IMG/VR virus record: IMGVR_UViG_3300045016_000288
Length of the DNA: 20,000 bases
Direction: 5' to 3' (one strand)
Source of the DNA: an uncultured virus (IMG/VR IMGVR_UViG_3300045016_000288)
Taxonomy: Duplodnaviria; Heunggongvirae; Uroviricota; Caudoviricetes
In this document: positions 13,872 through 20,000 of the stretch, piece by piece
How the letters are laid out: each line of letters begins with the position of its first letter
Numbering within the stretch: the stretch's first letter is position 1
Notes under the pieces: generated by a model
The model's input: the letters and a program-made list of their open reading frames with translations, nothing else
What the model was told of the DNA's origin: nothing
The model's database searches: none
Translations under genes and position numbers: made by a program

Positions 13872-16571
13872 ATGCGACACGCAACCATCAAAATTCGCCC
13901 GGGGCTGGGCGGACATCTGCTCACGGATGTCTCAGCGGAAAACGCCGGCATCCAGAATTACATCCTCAAACGCAACTGGCGCAGGAAACTGGATGTTGAG
14001 GTTCGCCGCGAAGGCCATGACTATTTCTGGCCGATAAGCAGTGGCGGTTTCGCCACCAACCCGGGCCATCAGCCATTCCCGCTCGAAGGCGGCGACACCG
14101 GCCCGATCATCCTGAACCACGAACTGATCCGCCCGGATGGCGCCAGGGCAATCATCGTCGGCACTCCGACCAGGCTTTATTGGTTTGCGGCGCTTGAGAA
14201 CGGGGACTACTTCGCGGAGGACGGCACCCCTGCCGAATACTTTGTGACTGATCCCTTGATTGATCCTAACGCGCCCTACTTCATCACGGCCACCGACACC
14301 TGGCAGGTGATTGGACGATTTGCCACCGGCGGCAATCGCTGGCAGGCGGTTAACCTTAATGGTTATGCAGTTTTCAATAACGGCGTAGATTTGCCTGTTA
14401 CCTGGGCGCTGGGCGATCCTTGGGTTACGCCAATACATGAACTGCGTGAGGTTGGTTACTCCCGGGTTGGCACTATAGCCGTGTACAACGGGGTGCTGAT
14501 GCTAGGCGACCTGACTGAAATTGAGTCTAGCAAGTTGCAAGACCTTTTCCGGCCCATCGGCATACGACATTCCGGTTCGGTATTAGCCAGTCAACCCGGT
14601 GGGGTTTCAACCACGCTCACTGCAACCAGCCCAGTCTTCGTTAATCCCGATGACGTTGGCCGGCGCCTCATCATGGAGAACGGGGCAATTCGGAACATTG
14701 CTGCCGTTCTGGATGCGAGCAGAGTAACAGTTGAGGTTGGCGAAATCACGCCGCCACAACGGTTTACGTTCCGGGATGTTGCCTCACAGACAGGCGCGCT
14801 TTACTCATGCCCAACGGCATACGCGCACACCGTTGCTGCCAGCAACGTCATAACTGCCAGAGACGCGGGAGGAGCGCCGGTAGCCTTCTTTAATGCTCCA
14901 TGGATCAACACTCGCGAGGTTTACCTGGCCAACGGCTGGCATTCCACTATCACTGGAGTCGGGGGAGTGGGAACGACTTGCACGGTAGCTGACAATGCCC
15001 CGGAAACGTGGGATGGCTTGCCTTTCTGGGTTGTCAGGCTCAACGGTAACGATCACACAGTAACGAGTCTGACTGACATATTCAGGGCGGACATGATTGG
15101 TTCCGAACTTAGTTGGGATTCAGGAGAGACGCGGCTGATCATGACTTACCTGAACGCCAGGAACGTCGTCGTGGACGCTTTTCTGGCTCAACCAGCCGGG
15201 CCGATTGTCGTGATTGACCCGGATAGCTACGGTCGCTACCCGGACACCGAGTACGAACTGCGCTTCCAGAAACGCCTTGGATGGTCGGCGCTGGATGAAC
15301 CGCGGATTTTCGGTCCGCTCCTCCCTGGAAGTATCACCGCAGGGTCCAACCAGGTCACGCTTGATTACCCGGTTGAATCAATCTCGCACGGCGACGGAGT
15401 GATCGTTCAAGGGGCAGGCCCTGGCGGAACCGATCTGGTTGCTATAGCCGTGTTTGTGGCGGCTCACCGAATCCTCGTCCTGGATGAGTTTGCCTCCACC
15501 ACGGTCACGAGCACGCCGGTGCAGCGGTTGTTGTCCAGCGGGACCATATCTGGCTACCGCGACCTGGAAGATGATGAAGGCGCCATCATGGCGATGGCCT
15601 GTCTCCAGGGTGTTCTGGTTGTCCACAAGGAAAGCTCGATCTCGCTCGTGCACTACCAAGGCGACATTGCCGCGCCTTTCCAGTTCCAGCACCGGCCTGT
15701 TCCTGTCGGCAGGGGCATCTATTACCGCCACACATTGACTACGGTGGCCGACTCGGTGCAGTTCTATGCAGGGGCAAAGAGCCTGTTTCGGTACGACCTA
15801 TCAACACCAGTGCCGGTGGAGATACCGGCCGCCCAAGGCTGCAACAGCATTCTCTTGGGCACTGCGTCCATTGACGATACCGAGTCCGTGTTCGCCAGTT
15901 ACAATCCCCAGACGAGGGAGGTGTGGTTTGTGCAACCGAAAGTGGTGGGCGTGACCGACAGCGTGTTGTGTTTCGATGAGGTGTCGGGGACGTTCAGCAC
16001 CATGGACGTAGCCGTGACCGCTTGCGGCGTGATCAGACGGCCCATGGTGCCGCTTCCGCCGAAACAGCGCGACTTCTGGTTTCTGATGGGGATAGGAACA
16101 ACCCTATGCGTTTATGGTTTAGCTGACGAGCCGGTTGCGGCCTGGAGCAACGCCCAGGCGATCTGGTATCGCCGCCAGGCCAACCCGTTCAGCGCCACCA
16201 AGGATGGCTACGAATCAAGACTGCATAGCGGTTTGACGGATTTTGCGAACGACTTTGACGAGAAACACTTACGGAGCTACCTGCCTTTTGTCGGCGCTGG
16301 TTCAGTGGCCGTTATCCTGGATGTGGAACTAGTTGGTAGCCGCAACACCGCTGACACGTTGGAGAGCCTTTGCACGCAACGGCTTATTGCTCCTGATGAA
16401 GCAAACTTGATCCCCACACACTTCGTTCGCCATTACATCGGAGATAGGATTGTGATTCCAGCTACCGTTAGTGGCGGGGCGCCTTACATCCTCACCGGCG
16501 AGGCCTCCCTTGCCGGCCGAGCGATGGAGGTTGGAAAAACGAACAGTCGCAGTTTTGTGCGACACCTCTAA
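13872..16571 (+). CDS. Tail hub/nozzle (P22 gp10 / T7 gp12-like packaged-DNA stabilisation protein)
   Basis: About 900 aa and beta-rich, with propeller-like segments (AVFNNGVDLP, TIAVYNGVLMLG, LGWSALDEP, VLVVHKESSI, YNPQTREVWF, LCFDEVSGTFS). ATG 13872 is preferred to GTG 13842. Position fits a short-tail module. Confidence 0.65.
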   Translation: MRHATIKIRPGLGGHLLTDVSAENAGIQNYILKRNWRRKLDVEVRREGHDYFWPISSGGFATNPGHQPFPLEGGDTGPIILNHELIRPDGARAIIVGTPTRLYWFAALENGDYFAEDGTPAEYFVTDPLIDPNAPYFITATDTWQVIGRFATGGNRWQAVNLNGYAVFNNGVDLPVTWALGDPWVTPIHELREVGYSRVGTIAVYNGVLMLGDLTEIESSKLQDLFRPIGIRHSGSVLASQPGGVSTTLTATSPVFVNPDDVGRRLIMENGAIRNIAAVLDASRVTVEVGEITPPQRFTFRDVASQTGALYSCPTAYAHTVAASNVITARDAGGAPVAFFNAPWINTREVYLANGWHSTITGVGGVGTTCTVADNAPETWDGLPFWVVRLNGNDHTVTSLTDIFRADMIGSELSWDSGETRLIMTYLNARNVVVDAFLAQPAGPIVVIDPDSYGRYPDTEYELRFQKRLGWSALDEPRIFGPLLPGSITAGSNQVTLDYPVESISHGDGVIVQGAGPGGTDLVAIAVFVAAHRILVLDEFASTTVTSTPVQRLLSSGTISGYRDLEDDEGAIMAMACLQGVLVVHKESSISLVHYQGDIAAPFQFQHRPVPVGRGIYYRHTLTTVADSVQFYAGAKSLFRYDLSTPVPVEIPAAQGCNSILLGTASIDDTESVFASYNPQTREVWFVQPKVVGVTDSVLCFDEVSGTFSTMDVAVTACGVIRRPMVPLPPKQRDFWFLMGIGTTLCVYGLADEPVAAWSNAQAIWYRRQANPFSATKDGYESRLHSGLTDFANDFDEKHLRSYLPFVGAGSVAVILDVELVGSRNTADTLESLCTQRLIAPDEANLIPTHFVRHYIGDRIVIPATVSGGAPYILTGEASLAGRAMEVGKTNSRSFVRHL

Positions 16572-16574
16572 GGT

Positions 16575-17192
16575 ATGGGCTTGCCACGCAAAGACGACAG
16601 ACCCAGCCTGCTTGGAGCCGACTTGTCGTTGCCGGGATCGCCACCTTCCCTGCCAGCCGACACCAAAACGCGGTTCCCAACCCTGGCAGCCTGGGAACAG
16701 TCTTTTGCGTCCTGGTGGGACAGTGTTCGCCGGGCGTTGGTTGCGGTAGATGACTCATTCAGGGCGGCCTCGGCGCTCTTGCGCGAGAACAAGACGCTAG
16801 CTCAAAACGCGCAGAGCGAGGCGGATTCACTCGTTGGGAGGGTAAGCACACTGGAAACAACCTGTGGCGGTTCCAGTGATCTCGCCGCCCAGGTGCAAGC
16901 CATAAGTGCTCAGCTAGCTGCATTGTTAGCTAATTTCGCGCAACATATAGCAGCTATTACAGCGCATGGCGTGACGGGAGTGATCGTGGGAACAACTGAC
17001 GCGCAGTCGCTTGACAATAAAACCATCGGGTTTACCGCGCCTGGTTATGGCCGCTTTACAACCGTGATGGGCTGCAACACGATTCCGTTGGGCGCAAACA
17101 TCACGATCCCGGCTGGTTACTATATGGTTGTCGGCGGAAGCTTGACAATAGATGGCACGCTGACTATTGAAGGGGTGTTGGTGGTGGTGTAG
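16575..17192 (+). CDS. Tail needle/short fibre-like protein
   Basis: 205 aa. Heptad coiled coil (LAQNAQSEADSLVGRVSTLE; LAAQVQAISAQLAALL), fibre motif VGTTDAQSLDNKT, and a beta-repeat C-terminus LTIDGTLTIEGVLVVV. Directly follows the hub, like P22 gp26. Confidence 0.55.
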   Translation: MGLPRKDDRPSLLGADLSLPGSPPSLPADTKTRFPTLAAWEQSFASWWDSVRRALVAVDDSFRAASALLRENKTLAQNAQSEADSLVGRVSTLETTCGGSSDLAAQVQAISAQLAALLANFAQHIAAITAHGVTGVIVGTTDAQSLDNKTIGFTAPGYGRFTTVMGCNTIPLGANITIPAGYYMVVGGSLTIDGTLTIEGVLVVV

Positions 17193-17214
17193 GTTCACAA
17201 AGCAAGGTGCGAAT

Positions 17215-17676
17215 ATGCCAGTGCAGATTTCCGGGAACAACATCGTGGTGCCGGGACAGGCGCTTATCTCCGGGCCGCCGACGAGCGTCGAACACGCCTT
17301 TCGCCTCGGTGACGCCGTGTTCCGGCGGGCGATTGGTCGAGACTTCGACATGAACGCAGCCGCGCCGACTGACGTTGGCACGATCACGATCCCGACAGGC
17401 AAATGGGAACCCTGGGCGTGTCTTGCCTGCAATTCGACAGCGAATCTTTCCATTGCCCAGATCGGCGTGTACACGGCCGCCGGCGGGGGCGGCGTCAACT
17501 TGGTTGCCTTGACGGTATTGGCCAGCCTAACCGGGGCGAACATGAGCCAGGTGCTTGCTATCGCCACGCCGGGGCAACTAACCGCCACAACGCTTTACGT
17601 GAGATTGAACACGGCGGCGGGCGTTGCTGGCACGATTGACATGGTTTTTGTATGCGTGGAACTAGCTGACCTATGA
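17215..17676 (+). CDS. Small beta-rich virion protein (tail-associated or decoration)
   Basis: In-frame ATG 17215 with AAGGT upstream (track start 17167 overlaps the previous gene). 153 aa, Ala/Thr/Gly/Val-rich. ATGA overlap with the fibre gene. Confidence 0.55.
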   Translation: MPVQISGNNIVVPGQALISGPPTSVEHAFRLGDAVFRRAIGRDFDMNAAAPTDVGTITIPTGKWEPWACLACNSTANLSIAQIGVYTAAGGGGVNLVALTVLASLTGANMSQVLAIATPGQLTATTLYVRLNTAAGVAGTIDMVFVCVELADL

Positions 17677-18680
17677 ATGTTCCTCCACTAACACTTCGGC
17701 TGGTAAAGGGTTGGCCGTTGACAGCGGCTGAGGGCGACGCGAACTGGACAACCTTGCGTGACTTCTGCAACGCACTGGCGGCACTCCAGGCGGTTGCGCT
17801 CAACCCGGATGGCACGCTCAAGGCGGGAGCGGTCTGGGCGACCAACGTGCTCGTTGACCGGATTATCACCCGGGACAAGCTTTGGTGGGTGCCGATGTTT
17901 TACGGGACCGCCACGGGCACAAATAATTACGCCTTGACGATTGCACCTAACGGGACGTTCACGCCTGGCGACGGCGCGACTACCAGTTTCATTGTGTGGG
18001 TGAAGTTCACCAACGCGAACACCGCCACGCCTTGCGACATCGCGATCAACGGGACGGCTGCCAAGGCCATCAAGAAAAACATCAACCAGGACCTGGCCAC
18101 AGGCGACATTGGCGCTGGCCAGGTTTACTGTCTGGCCTATGACGGGACCAACTACCAGATCGTCAGTCAGATCACCCCTCCGATTAACACGTTGCTGCCT
18201 TATGCGCTGCTGGAAGACCGCCAGGCCCCGGGGACACCCGGGGGGCAGCCAGTGGCTACAAACTGGACTCACGCCTCCAATCAACGGGCCATTCAGGAAC
18301 AGATCGACGCCTCCAACATTGTCAGTTGTCCGACGGCAACAACGTTTCGGCTTAATCCCGGCACATACCGGATCAAGATCAGTGCGCCTGCTTGGTCCGT
18401 GGATAACCACATGATCCGGTTGCACAATGTAACCGATGCAGTTGCCCAGGCGTATGGGAGCAGCGAGTACTCCCGGAATGACCCCGCCGTGGCGGCATCA
18501 ACAACGCGATCTCACCTATGCCACCGCTGGACCATTCCAGCAGGCGGCCCAAAGGATTATTCGGTCCAACATTATGTAGCTGCTGTTCCTGTCGGCCCCC
18601 CAACGCATGGCTTTGGACGGCCATTAAACGCGGTCGTGCAGGAAGTTTACACTCAGGTTGAGATACTGAAGGAGGGATAA
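17673..18680 (+). CDS. Tail fibre / receptor-binding protein
   Basis: N-terminal LTLRLVKGWPLTAAEGDANW anchor-like motif, middle module TGTNNYALT...FTNANT...LATGDI.AGQVYCLAYDGTNYQI, and a C-terminal beta-sandwich (FRLNPGTYRIKISAP). Confidence 0.7.
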   Translation: MNVPPLTLRLVKGWPLTAAEGDANWTTLRDFCNALAALQAVALNPDGTLKAGAVWATNVLVDRIITRDKLWWVPMFYGTATGTNNYALTIAPNGTFTPGDGATTSFIVWVKFTNANTATPCDIAINGTAAKAIKKNINQDLATGDIGAGQVYCLAYDGTNYQIVSQITPPINTLLPYALLEDRQAPGTPGGQPVATNWTHASNQRAIQEQIDASNIVSCPTATTFRLNPGTYRIKISAPAWSVDNHMIRLHNVTDAVAQAYGSSEYSRNDPAVAASTTRSHLCHRWTIPAGGPKDYSVQHYVAAVPVGPPTHGFGRPLNAVVQEVYTQVEILKEG

Positions 18681-18689
18681 GGAGGGTAT

Positions 18690-19619
18690 ATGCCTGTACC
18701 ATTGTTGGGCTTGATGATTGGGTCAGCGGCGTTAGGCGGTATCGGCACCGGGATTGCTGGGGCGCTTACGGCCTCCGCACAAGAGGAAGCGGCCCAACGG
18801 AATGCCGAAGCCCTCAAAGAAATCAATCGGCTCCAGATTGAGTGGGCCAAAGAAACTGGGGTGTACCCGTATCATTTGCGGGAGCAAGAGCGCGCTTTGG
18901 CGCGGCAGGCCTGGGACACGTCCCAGGTGATAGCCCGGGACCCAAACCAAGCCCTGGCTGAGTACCGAAGATTGACGGAGTCATTGAGCGGGATTCTGCC
19001 GGGAACGATTGCGGATGTCACCAGCGGGGCGTGGGAGAGGAAACAACTTGAAGCCCTAAAGCCGGTGGCTGAAGCCAGGCTGAGTTCGGCCAGGGCCGGG
19101 GCTGATGCCTGGAACGTGGCGATACAATCACAACTCAAGGCGATGGAAGCCGCCAATGCCAGGGGTGGGTATCGCGGGCGCGGCTCAGCCGAAACCTCGC
19201 GGGCAATCGCCGGGGCAGCCCAGGGGTTAAACGCCGCCAAACAGGCCGTGCTGCAAGCGGAACTCCAAAACGCAAGCGAAGCCCTGGCGGTGCGCCAGAA
19301 GGAAGCTGAGCGCCTTTACCAGCTTGCCATGCAAAGCCCCGAGATAGCCGGCGCCTTGATTAAGGTAGCTCAAGCTCCCTACGGGGCACTGGCTCAGGAA
19401 TACCTGACGCGCCTGAGTCCATTTGAGACCTTCCGGGTGGGGCGAGCCGGCGCGCTGCCGATTCAAGCGCCCCAGTACCAGTCGAGCATACCGGCTGGTG
19501 CGATCGCCGCCCAAGGGTTTGGCACGCTAGGGACTACCATTGGACAGTACTTCGCCCAGCAGGACGCCTACGAGCAGCTAATGAAGCTCGCTGCAATGCA
19601 ATATGGGAAGAGAATGTAG
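18690..19619 (+). CDS. DNA ejection/pilot protein (internal virion protein)
   Basis: Strong RBS TAAGGAGG. Hydrophobic Gly/Ala-rich N-terminus LLGLMIGSAALGGIGTGIAGAL followed by Ala/Gln-rich helices, as in P22 gp7-type ejection proteins. Located after the tail genes. Confidence 0.65.
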   Translation: MPVPLLGLMIGSAALGGIGTGIAGALTASAQEEAAQRNAEALKEINRLQIEWAKETGVYPYHLREQERALARQAWDTSQVIARDPNQALAEYRRLTESLSGILPGTIADVTSGAWERKQLEALKPVAEARLSSARAGADAWNVAIQSQLKAMEAANARGGYRGRGSAETSRAIAGAAQGLNAAKQAVLQAELQNASEALAVRQKEAERLYQLAMQSPEIAGALIKVAQAPYGALAQEYLTRLSPFETFRVGRAGALPIQAPQYQSSIPAGAIAAQGFGTLGTTIGQYFAQQDAYEQLMKLAAMQYGKRM

Positions 19620-19712
19620 GCCGAGCATGTACAACTACGGGACTCCAGCTAATTGGCAAGGCTACTCCGCTCCCTACGTGCGCACAGCACCGACCACTAC
19701 CTAAGAGACAAT

Positions 19713-20000
19713 ATGCCTGCATTAAGTGATCTAGCTGCCCTGGAACAACTCTATCGCCAGGCCTTCAGCCCCATCGCGCAGTTGGGAGCGGGCCGGATGG
19801 CGGTAGGAATGAAGGCTTACGAAACGGCGGTGCGCGAGGCTATGGATCGTCGGCAGGCTGAGGAAGCAATGGCCCGGCTTAGAATTGACATTGCAAGCCG
19901 AGAGAGCCTGGCCAAACAGGCGGAACAGGCGGCGGCAGCGCGGCAGGCCCTGGATATTGCAAGCCGGGAAAAGCTAGCCGAAGAGGCAGCGCAGAACGCC
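19713..20000 (+). CDS. Second probable ejection/internal virion protein, truncated at the window end
   Basis: Not in the ORF track; translated by hand: MPALSDLAALEQLYRQAFSPIAQLGAGRMAVGMKAYETAVREAMDRRQAEEAMARLRIDIASRESLAKQAEQAAAARQALDIASREKLAEEAAQNA, open to the edge, with the repeat DIASRE(S/K)LA twice. Confidence 0.6.
   Translation, partial: MPALSDLAALEQLYRQAFSPIAQLGAGRMAVGMKAYETAVREAMDRRQAEEAMARLRIDIASRESLAKQAEQAAAARQALDIASREKLAEEAAQNA

Larger units (their letters stand above)
1..20000. mobile_element. Tailed phage or prophage (podovirus-like morphogenesis region)
   Basis: Gene order portal-scaffold-capsid-adaptor-hub-needle-fibre-ejection proteins. No tape measure, sheath or host housekeeping genes in the window. 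Confidence 0.85.

Noticed and set aside
1..20000. CRISPR array, tRNA, integrase/att site, alternative genetic code
   Set aside because: No regularly spaced repeats or cloverleaf seen and no recombinase motif. Genes tile densely under the standard code, with TAA, TAG and TGA all used as stops.

Overview
Segment of a tailed dsDNA phage or prophage genome, probably with a short tail (podovirus-like gene order). Bases 1-908 carry three leftward genes: a conserved phage protein cut off at the window edge, a protein with an RNA polymerase alpha-CTD-like N-terminus, and a ribbon-helix-helix regulator. From about 1016 to the end a rightward morphogenesis operon runs: two small ORFs, portal, scaffold, major capsid, a 6.5-kb enzyme block, tail hub/nozzle, needle/fibre proteins and two probable DNA-ejection proteins. 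The stand-out feature is the block between capsid and tail (7308-13821). It encodes five glycosyltransferase-like domains in four ORFs, a class I SAM methyltransferase and a metallophosphoesterase fused to the head-tail adaptor, with the last five genes chained by 4-nt start/stop overlaps. I interpret it as a candidate virion glycosylation/decoration system; the capsid's unusual C-terminal Tyr/Glu tail is a possible acceptor. No terminase, integrase, RNA gene or CRISPR array is recognisable. All calls come from motifs recognised by eye and gene order; no database search was run.
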